This document shows positions 19,014 to 29,232 of a stretch of DNA of 64,000 bases, one piece after another. Made by a program: the position numbers and the translations under genes. Within the stretch, counting starts at the first letter, position 1. Each line of letters opens with the position of its first letter. Below the pieces are notes generated by a model. It saw only the letters and a list, made by a program, of their open reading frames with translations, was not told the origin of the DNA and made no database searches. The DNA comes from an uncultured Methanosarcinales archaeon (GTDB lineage Archaea > Nanobdellota > Nanobdellia > Woesearchaeales > JACPIF01): NCBI GenBank assembly GCA_964602245.1, contig CAZRPY010000001.1, forward strand, positions 88,246 to 152,245, read 5' to 3'.

Positions 19014-20642
19014 ATGATATATGTTGTAGGATCTGGACCAGCTGGCGTGGCCTGCGCTTATGCCCTTATAAGGAAAGGGCTGAAAGTTACTATGCTAGAT
19101 GCTGGAATAGAATTAGAGCAAGTGAAGAGTAAAATTCTGGAGAAATTGCAAAGGTCAAAGAAGTGGGATCCTAAATTGCTAGAAAAGATAAAAGGTAATA
19201 CAAAAGTGACTGTTAAGGGTGTGTCAAGGAAATTAATATATGGTTCTGATTATCCGTATAAAGAAGCTGATACTAACATAAAGTTAACTGCTGAGGGAAT
19301 TACAGCTAATCCTTCTTTTGCATATGGTGGATTGAGTAATGTGTGGGGGGCAGCAGTAATGCCCTATAGAGCTGAAGATATAAAAGACTGGCCTATAACT
19401 TTAGAGCAAATAGCTCCATACTACACAGCTGTGTTGGAATTCATGCACATTGCAGTTGCAAACATAGGAAATCCTAAGGATTTCCTAGCTGTAAAGGAAT
19501 CTAAGATTCCTTTAAGAGATTATCTGCAAGAATTGTTTCCTATTTACGCTAGGTATTGCCAAGATTTTAATTATAGCAGACAGGCTTTTTTGATGATAAA
19601 AGATTTAGAAGTTAATAAAAAGAAATTGAATGATGCTGGAATATTCTTTGGGAGCTCACGATTGGTTGTGCAATTTGAGGCTGGAGAAAAGAAACCTGGA
19701 TGTGTGTATTGTGGACTATGCCTGCATGGTTGCCCTTATAAGTTAATTTATAGCAGCGCTTTTACTGTTGACAAACTTAGAAAAAATAAGAATTTTAGAT
19801 ATCAGAAGGATGTGATTGTAGAAAAGATAAATGAAAAAGAAGATAATGTTATTATTTTGGCGCATGAAAGAAATAATAAAAAAAGGATAATATTTAAAGG
19901 CTCGAGAGTTTTTTTAGCGTGTGGTGCATTAACAACAACTAGAATAATGCTGGAATCTATGAGAGCTTATAATGAAGAGGTGATCTTAAAAGATTCTCAA
20001 TATTATCTGTTTCATCTGCTAAGATATAAAAGTGCTGGTAATGTTACAAAAGAGCCTTTGCATACTTTAGCTCAGATGTATATTGAAATATTTGATAATG
20101 AAATTGATAATAATTCTGTTCATTTGCAGCTATATACTTACAGCGATTTATATGATAGTGCATTAAAGAGTATTTTTAGAGTTGGTTATAGTCTTCTAAA
20201 AAGACCTTTAGTACAAATTATGAGCAGGCTCATAATAGGACAGGGCTATCTTCATTCAAATAGCTCGTCAACAATTTCTGTCAAATTAGAAAAGGGCTAT
20301 AAGAAACTTTATTTAAGAAACAATGAAAATAAGAGTTCTAATAGAAAAATTAAGGATATTATGTGGAAGTTATTTAAGAATAGGAGGTATATTAAGGCTA
20401 TGCCTTTGATACCCTTACTTAAGATAGGCAAGCCAGGAGAGAGCAATCATCTTGGAGGGAGCTTTCCAATGAGAAAGAATCCTAAAAGATTTCAGACAGA
20501 TGTTTTAGGCAGACCTTTTGGATACAAGAAGGTTCATCTTGTGGACTCAAGCGTATTTCCAAGCATACCTGCACAGACTATAACTCTAACTGTCATGGCA
20601 AATGCTTATAGAATTGCAGACCAGTATGATAAACTAAAATGA
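19014..20642 (+). CDS. FAD-dependent GMC-family oxidoreductase with embedded 4Fe-4S-type cysteine motif
   Basis: N-terminal VVGSGPAGVACA FAD motif; C-terminal VHLVDSSVFPSIP...MANAYRIADQ GMC_oxred_C-like; internal CVYCGLCLHGCP (CxxCxxCxxxCP). Confidence 0.65.
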   Translation: MIYVVGSGPAGVACAYALIRKGLKVTMLDAGIELEQVKSKILEKLQRSKKWDPKLLEKIKGNTKVTVKGVSRKLIYGSDYPYKEADTNIKLTAEGITANPSFAYGGLSNVWGAAVMPYRAEDIKDWPITLEQIAPYYTAVLEFMHIAVANIGNPKDFLAVKESKIPLRDYLQELFPIYARYCQDFNYSRQAFLMIKDLEVNKKKLNDAGIFFGSSRLVVQFEAGEKKPGCVYCGLCLHGCPYKLIYSSAFTVDKLRKNKNFRYQKDVIVEKINEKEDNVIILAHERNNKKRIIFKGSRVFLACGALTTTRIMLESMRAYNEEVILKDSQYYLFHLLRYKSAGNVTKEPLHTLAQMYIEIFDNEIDNNSVHLQLYTYSDLYDSALKSIFRVGYSLLKRPLVQIMSRLIIGQGYLHSNSSSTISVKLEKGYKKLYLRNNENKSSNRKIKDIMWKLFKNRRYIKAMPLIPLLKIGKPGESNHLGGSFPMRKNPKRFQTDVLGRPFGYKKVHLVDSSVFPSIPAQTITLTVMANAYRIADQYDKLK

Positions 20643-21493
20643 AAAAGGCTTTAATATGTGCTATCACGGGGGCAAATGGGTATGTTGGATCATGTATTGC
20701 AGATTATCTTAGAAAGCGTAATTTTGTTGTATATGAGATGGGCCGCTCTTTAAAAGGCGATAAAGACTATTTCATTCCTTTCTCTTTGGAAAAAGAAATC
20801 CCTAAAAATAGTTTAAAGAATGTTGATGTGCTTGTGCACTGTGCATGGGATTTTAAACAAATCATATGGAAAGATATAATTAGAATTAATGTTAACGGCT
20901 CTTTAAGATTGTTTAAGGCTGCTAAAAAAGATGGTGTTAAAAAGATTATTTTTATATCTACTATGTCTGCATTTGATGGCTGTAAATCCTTATATGGAAA
21001 AGCTAAGCTTAAAGTTGAAAGAGAGGCTAAGAAATTAGATGTGATAATTATAAGGCCTGGTTTGGTTTATGGCAGTAAATCTTCTGGAATGGTGGGAGCT
21101 ATAGGAAGGTTAATGGCAATCTCTCCTTTAGTTCCAGTTGTTGCTGCTAATCAAGTATTGTATCTTTGCCATAGCAAAGATTTGTCAAAACTAATTTTTA
21201 GATTATGTACTTCAAAGAGCAAGATTACAAAACCAATAATTGCTGCGAGTGAGGGAGGTCTAAGATTTAAAGAAATACTTAGGAGATTAGCTTTAAGGAG
21301 AGGGAAGAAAATAATGCTAGTTCCAATCCCTTCCTGGGCAGTTTTATTCGGATTAAAAACCTTAGAGAAAATAGGTCTAAAAGCTAGGGTTAAGAGCGAT
21401 AGTTTAATAGGTTTGTTGAATGCTGATCCAAAGCCTGATTTTACAGAAACCAGAAAGACTAAAGTAAGGTTTAGAGAATTTTTAATCGAATGA
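20639..21493 (+). CDS. NAD(P)-dependent epimerase/dehydratase family protein (SDR)
   Basis: ICAITGANGYVGSCIADYL glycine-rich motif; 284 aa; 4-nt overlap with the upstream gene. Confidence 0.7.
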   Translation: MKKALICAITGANGYVGSCIADYLRKRNFVVYEMGRSLKGDKDYFIPFSLEKEIPKNSLKNVDVLVHCAWDFKQIIWKDIIRINVNGSLRLFKAAKKDGVKKIIFISTMSAFDGCKSLYGKAKLKVEREAKKLDVIIIRPGLVYGSKSSGMVGAIGRLMAISPLVPVVAANQVLYLCHSKDLSKLIFRLCTSKSKITKPIIAASEGGLRFKEILRRLALRRGKKIMLVPIPSWAVLFGLKTLEKIGLKARVKSDSLIGLLNADPKPDFTETRKTKVRFREFLIE

Positions 21494-21550
21494 TTAGCTG
21501 GTTACTTCTTTCACTAACTTTATATAGTCTCTTTTACTTTCTCGTCTATA

Positions 21551-22150
21551 ATGAGGAAACTTAAGGTTGAGTATAATCATGACAGATGTATAGGGACTAA
21601 GGCTTGTATAGCTGCTGCTCCTAGGTATTTTGAGTTAAAGGGAGGCAAAGCTCATTTAATAGGCAACTACAAGCATGAGGGGATACAGACTTCTGAATAT
21701 TCATGTGATGATATCACTTATAATGAAATTGTGGAAGCAGGAAAGTCTTGCCCTGTTAATGCAATTAAGGTAATGGACATGAATTTAAACAAGGTTTTAG
21801 TTGGGACTGAGATTACTACAGATCCAGACTATAAAGAGGTTATAGCTGAATATGACGACAGCAAAGAATTTGAGTTAGATCATAACGGATATTTTCTTAT
21901 TAGAGTAAATCATGAGACTAAGGATATTGAGGTTGGTTTTTGCAATGAAAAAAATATTGTTTTAGTAAAGGTAACAGGTAAAAAGCCAATTGATATTTAC
22001 CAGACAATTATAAATAAGCTAAAGCTAGTTAGCAGGACTGATCATGGGGCTTATATTGGTAGAGAATTGCAGAAGGCTTATACTGCTTTGCAATTAGGTT
22101 TAGAATATGTGCAAGATGATGAATTAGAATTTAATAAGAAAGCTAAATAA
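21551..22150 (+). CDS. ferredoxin-like mono-cluster domain protein with unknown C-terminal domain
   Basis: N-terminal HDRCIGTKACIAAAP...SCPVNAIKV resembles single-cluster ferredoxins. Confidence 0.5.
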   Translation: MRKLKVEYNHDRCIGTKACIAAAPRYFELKGGKAHLIGNYKHEGIQTSEYSCDDITYNEIVEAGKSCPVNAIKVMDMNLNKVLVGTEITTDPDYKEVIAEYDDSKEFELDHNGYFLIRVNHETKDIEVGFCNEKNIVLVKVTGKKPIDIYQTIINKLKLVSRTDHGAYIGRELQKAYTALQLGLEYVQDDELEFNKKAK

Positions 22151-22188
22151 CAAAGATTAAATAAAAATAAAGCTATATATCCAGTAAA

Positions 22189-23757
22189 ATGACATCAAAG
22201 ATAGTTTTAGTTTATCCATCTTCTTCACCAGATATTGAAGGTGGAGAGGTTGACTTTGAACGCTACAAGAGTGTTCCTATTGGGATTCTTAATATTGCTA
22301 CTTGGCTAGATCATAATGGTTATGATGTTAAAGTTATTGATGGAAGGGCTTATACTAAGAAAGAGACTTTAGAAAGGCTAAAGAAAGAGTTGCATGGGGC
22401 ATTATGTGTTGCATTTGGCATTACAACTGTGCAAATCAAGCATGGATTGTATCTTTCTGAATTTATTAAGAAAACAGATAAAGATATTCCTGTAATATGG
22501 GGTGGCATTCATCCTACAATGTACCCTGTGCAGACTATACAAGATAAGGTTGTTGATTATGTTCTTTATGGAGAAGTAGAGTATCCTTTACTAGATTTGA
22601 TTAGATTTCTTGAAGGAAAGAAAAGGAAAATTAGTGATGTAAAAGGATTAGTGTATAAAAGAAATGGTGAGGTTATAATTAATCCAATGCATCAAGGAAT
22701 TAATCCAAATGAATTGCCAATTCCAAAATATGAGTTATTAGATATTAACAAGTATATTGAAAGAGAGTTCTTAACTAACTTAGGCAAGATTAGGAAGATG
22801 AGAGCTTTAGATATTAACACTAGCAGAGGATGTCCTTATAGATGTAATTTCTGTCCAAATACTATGGATGTGTTTAAGAGGTATAGAGTTCAGGCATTAG
22901 ACAGGGTTTTCCAGCTTATAGATCATTTGGTTGAAACTTATAAGCTTGATCATATATGGTTTTGTGATGAGCTTTTCTTTGTTGAGAAGAATAAGGTTAG
23001 AGCTATTGCTGAGCATTTGATTGAGAAAAATTATAATATAACATGGGAGTCTAATGCTAGAGTTGACCAGTTTAATGACAGACTATTGGATGATGAACTA
23101 CTTGCGTTGATAAAGAAGTCTGGATGTTTTGCGTTAAGAATGGGGATGGAGTCTGGCAGCAACAGAATTCTAAAGCTTATGAAGAAAGATTGTGTAGTTG
23201 ATGATGTAATAAGATCAGTAAAACAATGTGAAAAATATGGAATAATACCTATAGGCAATTTTATCATTGGTTTTCCAACTGAAACTAGAGAGGAAATGAT
23301 GGCTACTGCCAAGCTGATATTAAAGCTTAAGGATATATCGCCAAATGGATTGTTTTATAGCCCTGGATTGTTAAGGCCTTATCCTGGAACAGAGATTTAT
23401 GAGTATGCAAAACAGTATGGTGGCTTTGATGAACCTAAGACTTTAAGGGAGTGGGCTGAGAAAGAGATTGATGTTGGCTTGTTTGTTAATCCTAAAGACT
23501 TAAGATGGATTAGGGATCCTGAATGGCTGCTTAATTTCCAAGTATATTTCTATGTTTTAACTGTAATGAAAACTCATGAATTGACTAAGAAGCATTTATC
23601 ACCTGCATGGAAGTTAGCTGGCAAGATTTCTGAGTTCAGGCTTAAGCATAATTTCTGGAAGTTTGGCTGGGAGCCAAGGATGATGATAGAGATAAAGAAA
23701 TTCCTAGACAGAGATTCATCTTTAGCAAGGGTTATTAAAAGTACTTTGAGTCTGTAA
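22189..23757 (+). CDS. cobalamin-binding (class B) radical SAM enzyme
   Basis: B12-binding-like N-terminal domain, CPYRCNFC radical SAM motif, 522 aa. Confidence 0.85.
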   Translation: MTSKIVLVYPSSSPDIEGGEVDFERYKSVPIGILNIATWLDHNGYDVKVIDGRAYTKKETLERLKKELHGALCVAFGITTVQIKHGLYLSEFIKKTDKDIPVIWGGIHPTMYPVQTIQDKVVDYVLYGEVEYPLLDLIRFLEGKKRKISDVKGLVYKRNGEVIINPMHQGINPNELPIPKYELLDINKYIEREFLTNLGKIRKMRALDINTSRGCPYRCNFCPNTMDVFKRYRVQALDRVFQLIDHLVETYKLDHIWFCDELFFVEKNKVRAIAEHLIEKNYNITWESNARVDQFNDRLLDDELLALIKKSGCFALRMGMESGSNRILKLMKKDCVVDDVIRSVKQCEKYGIIPIGNFIIGFPTETREEMMATAKLILKLKDISPNGLFYSPGLLRPYPGTEIYEYAKQYGGFDEPKTLREWAEKEIDVGLFVNPKDLRWIRDPEWLLNFQVYFYVLTVMKTHELTKKHLSPAWKLAGKISEFRLKHNFWKFGWEPRMMIEIKKFLDRDSSLARVIKSTLSL

Positions 23758-23819
23758 ATTTAAGTTGTAATTAAAACTACAATGAGACTATTTTTATGCT
23801 TTTACTTGCATCTTATATA

Positions 23820-24527
23820 TTATTTACTTGCTTCAAGAATTATATAATGTCTATAAATATGGAAAATCCTACTCATAAAGAAATTAATAATATCTGCTAT
23901 AGGCCTTACTGAAATTATCAAGTTAAACCATCTAACTGGAGGAAAATTCCAATATTTAACTAAAATCGGAGGGTAAAACATATAGACTTTATATTTCTTT
24001 ATACCTATTCCAACTGCTAAATTCTCCATAGTCCTTATTGTAAATGGTTTAATATGAGTCCAATCATCGTAAAATAAAGTGTAGTCTATATCAGGCACTA
24101 GAATTATTAATAAACCTCTTGGCTTTAGTATCCTATAAAGCTCGTAAATCGCAAAATCTGGGTCTTCAGTATGCTCTATTACATTTGTGCAATAAATTCC
24201 ATCAAAAGTAGAATCTTTGTAAGGCAGTTTCTCTGATAAACTTGCATATCTAGCTTCTATACCTCTTTTTTTGCAGTAGGAAACTAAATCAAAATTAGAA
24301 TCAAAGCCATATGGCTCCATGCCTGCTTTTTTTGCCTCAAGCAAAAATCTACCATCGCCGCAGCCTGCTTCCAAGATTCTCTTAACATTATTTTTTCTGA
24401 ACTTGTCTAGAATTTTATTATTAACTATTTTGAAAGTTGTATTTTGAGCATATCCTTCTTGATTTAAAACACTAATATGAAATTTACTATAAATAGAGTT
24501 CTTGACTTTTTTCTTGTAATCGTCCAT
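23820..24527 (-). CDS. class I SAM-dependent methyltransferase
   Basis: ILEAGCGDGRF motif, 235 aa. Confidence 0.8.
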   Translation of the reverse strand: MDDYKKKVKNSIYSKFHISVLNQEGYAQNTTFKIVNNKILDKFRKNNVKRILEAGCGDGRFLLEAKKAGMEPYGFDSNFDLVSYCKKRGIEARYASLSEKLPYKDSTFDGIYCTNVIEHTEDPDFAIYELYRILKPRGLLIILVPDIDYTLFYDDWTHIKPFTIRTMENLAVGIGIKKYKVYMFYPPILVKYWNFPPVRWFNLIISVRPIADIINFFMSRIFHIYRHYIILEASK

Positions 24528-24585
24528 TATATATAGAAATTAGAAGAAGTTATTTAAAAGTTGTGGTTTGATATTATTAAAATAA

Positions 24586-25698
24586 TTATTTTATCTTAGC
24601 ATATTTCTCTAAAATACTCTCAAACTGCCTTGATTGTTTATCAAGATTATATTTATCTATGATTCTTTTTCGTGCTAATTTACCTAGGTTTTCTCTTAGT
24701 TTTGGGTTATCGGCTAACTTTATGATTGCATTAATAATATCATCTTGTTTGTAATCTATTAAAATACCACACTTGCCATTATCTAGATCTGTTATGTTTT
24801 CTCCAATTCTTAAGCTTATAGCTGATTTTGCCATTGCCATATATTCTTTAAGTTTCATTGAACTTCTATTTTGCATATTATGTTTTGATGGATCCCAAAT
24901 AACATCAATGCATATGTTAGCAATAGAGATATATTTTGGTATATCTTTATTATTTATAAAACCTGTAAACTTAAAATATAGTTCTAATGAATTTTTTATA
25001 ACATAATCTTGCAATAATCTAAGACCTTTACCATAACCAACTATTAAGAACTTTATATTCTTATTTTTGATGATAATCTCTTTTGCTGCGTCTACTAATT
25101 CTTTTCCAACAAATTTGCCAGCAACAGAACCAATATGAGCTATAAATAATACTATTATATCATTAGGGAAGTAATCAAATTCTTTCCTCAATTTTATTTG
25201 GTCAAATCTTACAGGATTAAATTTTTGAACATCGACTCCATTTGGAAGATAGTAGATATCTTTCTTACTGTCTCGAATGTAAGCGGCTGTATCTGCCAGA
25301 TTTTTTGATACAACAATGACTGCATTTGCTTTTTTCACAGCAGTATATTCCCAATAGGCAAATTTCCATGGCTCTGGCTTGAATGCTTTAAAATTATAGA
25401 ATGAATCGTCCCAGTCAAGAATCAATGGTTTCTGCTTGATTCGTTGTGCATACAATCCTGGCAATGCGCCTGAGATTAATGGAGCTGCTGTAAAGATGCT
25501 GTCTGGATTAAAAGTGCTACTTTTGATCCGTCTGAGTAGCTGAGCAATATAGTAAAGTTTCAGCAGCCTATTTTCATACCAAGGTTCAACAACAATCTCC
25601 TGCACTTTGATCCGCTTCAGCCGTGAGAGCAGACGTTGCAGGCGGATACTCACTCCGTATTGCTTTGGCATGGGATAGATAGCGCCTAGTGTAATCAT
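24586..25698 (-). CDS. GT-B fold glycosyltransferase (GT4-like)
   Basis: 370 aa, two Rossmann-like halves, C-terminal KLKEYMAMAKSAI region resembling the GT4 E-x7-E area. The N-terminal roughly 85 codons are visibly GC-richer than the surroundings. Confidence 0.6.
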   Translation of the reverse strand: MITLGAIYPMPKQYGVSIRLQRLLSRLKRIKVQEIVVEPWYENRLLKLYYIAQLLRRIKSSTFNPDSIFTAAPLISGALPGLYAQRIKQKPLILDWDDSFYNFKAFKPEPWKFAYWEYTAVKKANAVIVVSKNLADTAAYIRDSKKDIYYLPNGVDVQKFNPVRFDQIKLRKEFDYFPNDIIVLFIAHIGSVAGKFVGKELVDAAKEIIIKNKNIKFLIVGYGKGLRLLQDYVIKNSLELYFKFTGFINNKDIPKYISIANICIDVIWDPSKHNMQNRSSMKLKEYMAMAKSAISLRIGENITDLDNGKCGILIDYKQDDIINAIIKLADNPKLRENLGKLARKRIIDKYNLDKQSRQFESILEKYAKIK

Positions 25699-25784
25699 GT
25701 ATATATGCTACATCGTTTGCTTTAAAAAGCTTTCACTATGCTAAATAGGTAAAATATAAATAATGATAACCAGCACTTTAGTAT

Positions 25785-27236
25785 ATGTCTGACTCTGCAA
25801 TTATCGCAAAGAATACTCTTGCTATATTTTCTGGAGAGATTGTAGCACATGCTTTAGGATTTTTCATAACCATTATTCTTGCGAGATATTTGGGAGATGC
25901 AGGATTTGGTGTATATTCATTTGCTTTTGCGTTTGCAAGTATAATGATTATCTTTTCAGATTTAGGTGTTTCAACGTTAATGGTGCGAGAGGTTTCTAGG
26001 AAACCCAAGCTGTTGAATAACTATGCATCAAATATTTTTTTAATAAAATTTATACTTACTATAGCAATTGCTCTGATACTTTTTATTATTGTAACCCAAA
26101 TAGAAAGTCTAAGCGAAGTGGGATACGCTATTTATTGGGCTTCTTTTGCAATGCTTTTCTTAGAATTTAGCTTTTTCTTTAGGAAGTTTTTACATATAAA
26201 ACAGATTATGGAATATGAAGCAATTATTAAAATTTTTGAAAAAGTAATTACTTTACTTTTTCTGCTTCTTATGTTTTATTTATTTAAGAAAATAACTGTT
26301 TTTGTTGCTGTCGTTACTTTTTTTGTTGGCTATGCTTCGACATTTTTGCTATCGTTTTATTATGCTAAAGTTAAAGTAAATCCTTCTATTAGGATGGCTT
26401 ATGTCAACTTAGATATAAGTAAACATCTATTAAAAAATTCGTGGCAGTTTTGGCTTACTACTGTTTTTATTATTATCTATTTCAAAGTCGACACACTTAT
26501 GCTTTCTTTTATGACGAGCTATGAATCTGTTGGCTGGTATAATGCTGCTTATAAGTTAATTGAGGGTCTAAATTTTATGCCAACGTTATTTATTGTAGCT
26601 ATATTTCCAGCAATGTCAGTCTTGTATGTAAAAAATAAACAGTATTTGCAAACTGTATTTGAGAAGACTATATATTATCTGTTACTATTGTCCATACCCA
26701 TCGGTGTAGGAGTTTCATTGCTAGCTTCACGCTTTATCCTGTTGTTTTATACCTCGGAATATGGTGCTGCTATCGGAGTGCTACAAATTCTTATATGGGC
26801 TGAGGTGTTTGTATTTGTAAACTATTTTATGGGGTTTCTGCTCAACTCCATTGATAAACAAGGGCTCTTTACGAGAACTATATTCATAGGCCTCATCATT
26901 AATGTAGTTTTAAACACAGTTCTTATACCCTCATATGGTATTTATGGTGCGGCGTTTGCAACACTTGCTACTGAAATCATTAACTTCTTCCAGCTCTTTA
27001 GATATACCCAAAATAGTGGATATACATTTAACATTTTAAAAACGATATATAAGCCGTTACTAGCAGCGCTCGTAATGGGTATAGTGATATATTTCAGTTT
27101 ATCATTACACTTGGTGCTAATTCTGTCATTAGCAATTCTTACTTATTTCTTAGTATTGTTCTTGACTAAAAGTATAGGAAAGAACGAGTTTAATCTTTTT
27201 CTTAGAGCTATTAAGAAGTTAAGGCAGAGAAATTAG
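25785..27236 (+). CDS. polysaccharide biosynthesis flippase (MOP superfamily, Wzx-like)
   Basis: 483 aa, 12-14 TM helices, typical Wzx N-terminal region. Confidence 0.8.
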   Translation: MSDSAIIAKNTLAIFSGEIVAHALGFFITIILARYLGDAGFGVYSFAFAFASIMIIFSDLGVSTLMVREVSRKPKLLNNYASNIFLIKFILTIAIALILFIIVTQIESLSEVGYAIYWASFAMLFLEFSFFFRKFLHIKQIMEYEAIIKIFEKVITLLFLLLMFYLFKKITVFVAVVTFFVGYASTFLLSFYYAKVKVNPSIRMAYVNLDISKHLLKNSWQFWLTTVFIIIYFKVDTLMLSFMTSYESVGWYNAAYKLIEGLNFMPTLFIVAIFPAMSVLYVKNKQYLQTVFEKTIYYLLLLSIPIGVGVSLLASRFILLFYTSEYGAAIGVLQILIWAEVFVFVNYFMGFLLNSIDKQGLFTRTIFIGLIINVVLNTVLIPSYGIYGAAFATLATEIINFFQLFRYTQNSGYTFNILKTIYKPLLAALVMGIVIYFSLSLHLVLILSLAILTYFLVLFLTKSIGKNEFNLFLRAIKKLRQRN

Positions 27237-27238
27237 GT

Positions 27239-29113
27239 CTAAGAGATTGCTAGAATAATAGCCCCTTGGTTTTGGAAGATTGGCTTAAATCTGCCAGATT
27301 CCACTAACTCTTTTATCTTTTGGTTTGTGGCATTTCCTAAATGTTGAGGTTTGACACAATCTCCATCAATAACTAGGTAATCGTAGCCTTTTGATTTGAT
27401 ATAATTCGCTGCTTCTGCTGCAGGCAGAGTTGCTGCTTTGTCTAAGGTTTTATATTCCCAAGCTCCTTCATCTCGCCATGAGAATGCTAGTTTATCAAAT
27501 CCAATTAATTTCTTATCACCTGAACCGCAGATTGGATAGACTTTTGTATCAATTGGAAGATTATCCTTGAGCCAATTATAGGCTTGTATTTCTTCAAAGG
27601 AATTCCAGATAAAGCCAGGAGGCCAGCCTGGAGTTGTATTGAGCTGGTATTTCTGTAAGCCAGAGGTAAACAAGATACCAGTAAAGATAACAATAATAGG
27701 GATGAAGAATGGCATGTTATATTTCTTTAGCTGCATTGCAATTACGTATATTGCTTCAGCAGCTATAATAGCAACAGTAAAGGCAAGAAGCATCCAGCTT
27801 CGATGGAAATCCATACGGATTGGAAGATAACTGCCAAGCACTGAAAGTAGGTTAAAGATGAGCCAGGCAAACACTATGGGGATATAGCTGAATTTACTTG
27901 CTTGTTCCTTATTTCTTATTGAAAATAGGGCAATGGTTAGATATGCAATACCAATAAAGCATAATATGGTAACAATAACACCTATACCGATTGGACTATT
28001 GATCATATTTTGACTTCGTGCAAAGAAGAAATCGGAAAATGTGTAGAAGATTTTTGCAGCAGGATTAAAAACTGCACCAACGCCTGATTGACCGAGGCCA
28101 CGCATTACATGAGATATATCATTATATTTGAAGAACATTGGAATCCACCAGAAAATAAAAGCTAGTAATGCTCCTATGGGTGCTGAAAGGAATAAAGGCC
28201 AGAGGAATTTTCTTTCAGTTAATGCTTTAATTAGCCAGTAAATGCCAAAGAAAATGGCAAATTTAAAGCCTGTTGTTGTTTGTGTTAAGAGTATTCCTGC
28301 AATAACAAAAGATGTTGCATAAAGCCAACTCTTATCGTATTTAGTGCGTTCCATGCAATAAAATGCAACAAAGTAGAGTGCCATTGACAAGGATAATGAC
28401 CAGATAAAATGGCTCATATAAGCTGGAATAGCTGCAAGTACTAACGTAGCTAATAATGCTTTCTGAGAGTTATTTGTAAATTCCTTAGCGAAATAGTAAG
28501 AGAAGATTATTGACAAAGAAATAATTAGTGAGTTAAAAAATTTTAGAGTCCAGTTTAATGATGGAGAGATTTGATGGAGCATGCCAAGCAAGATGCCATA
28601 GCTAGGTGGGTATGGATCTAGGTAGTGGAATAAGCCATGACCTGGCAAGGATAAGGCTTCCTTTGGCTCAAATGCTGTTTTTTCAATTGAAATATACTTA
28701 ATGCTTCTTGCATGCTCCCATGAATCATCATCTTCTAAGTAAGGATAGGCAAAAGAACCTTTAACGTACATGTATAAGGTGAAAGAGAAAATTATTAAAA
28801 CAAGTAATAGGTAGAGATTTGATTTTGTAAGTCTAAAATGATTTTTCAGTTCAAGCAGAGTTTGGTAATTTCTGAATAAATCATAAAGAGGAAGTATTAA
28901 GGCTAGTATTAAGAATAGCCACCAGTTTAAAGGAATTCTAAACAAGTTTAATATAACAGACAATATGCTAAAAATGCCTATGCCTATGCCTATGTTCATT
29001 AAATTTCTTTCAAAAAATTTTTCTGAGTTCTTTAGGAATCTAGTTACAGAATAGCCAAAGCACCATGTGTATAGGAAAAATAATAATATTGCAAGATAGC
29101 TCATTTTAGGCAT
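27239..29113 (-). CDS. large polytopic membrane protein, putative GT-C-like glycosyltransferase or polymerase
   Basis: 624 aa; acidic first-loop motif YLEDDDSWEH; many TM segments; C-terminal soluble domain. Confidence 0.45.
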   Translation of the reverse strand: MPKMSYLAILLFFLYTWCFGYSVTRFLKNSEKFFERNLMNIGIGIGIFSILSVILNLFRIPLNWWLFLILALILPLYDLFRNYQTLLELKNHFRLTKSNLYLLLVLIIFSFTLYMYVKGSFAYPYLEDDDSWEHARSIKYISIEKTAFEPKEALSLPGHGLFHYLDPYPPSYGILLGMLHQISPSLNWTLKFFNSLIISLSIIFSYYFAKEFTNNSQKALLATLVLAAIPAYMSHFIWSLSLSMALYFVAFYCMERTKYDKSWLYATSFVIAGILLTQTTTGFKFAIFFGIYWLIKALTERKFLWPLFLSAPIGALLAFIFWWIPMFFKYNDISHVMRGLGQSGVGAVFNPAAKIFYTFSDFFFARSQNMINSPIGIGVIVTILCFIGIAYLTIALFSIRNKEQASKFSYIPIVFAWLIFNLLSVLGSYLPIRMDFHRSWMLLAFTVAIIAAEAIYVIAMQLKKYNMPFFIPIIVIFTGILFTSGLQKYQLNTTPGWPPGFIWNSFEEIQAYNWLKDNLPIDTKVYPICGSGDKKLIGFDKLAFSWRDEGAWEYKTLDKAATLPAAEAANYIKSKGYDYLVIDGDCVKPQHLGNATNQKIKELVESGRFKPIFQNQGAIILAIS

Positions 29114-29232
29114 AGAAATCCTGATGTAATATAAAGTTTTGGTTTTGGTATAATTTAGTATTTTTGCTGACTATACTCTGTACATTGATACATAAGTTTT
29201 AAATAAGGTTGTAAAATCTGACTAACACTGCT

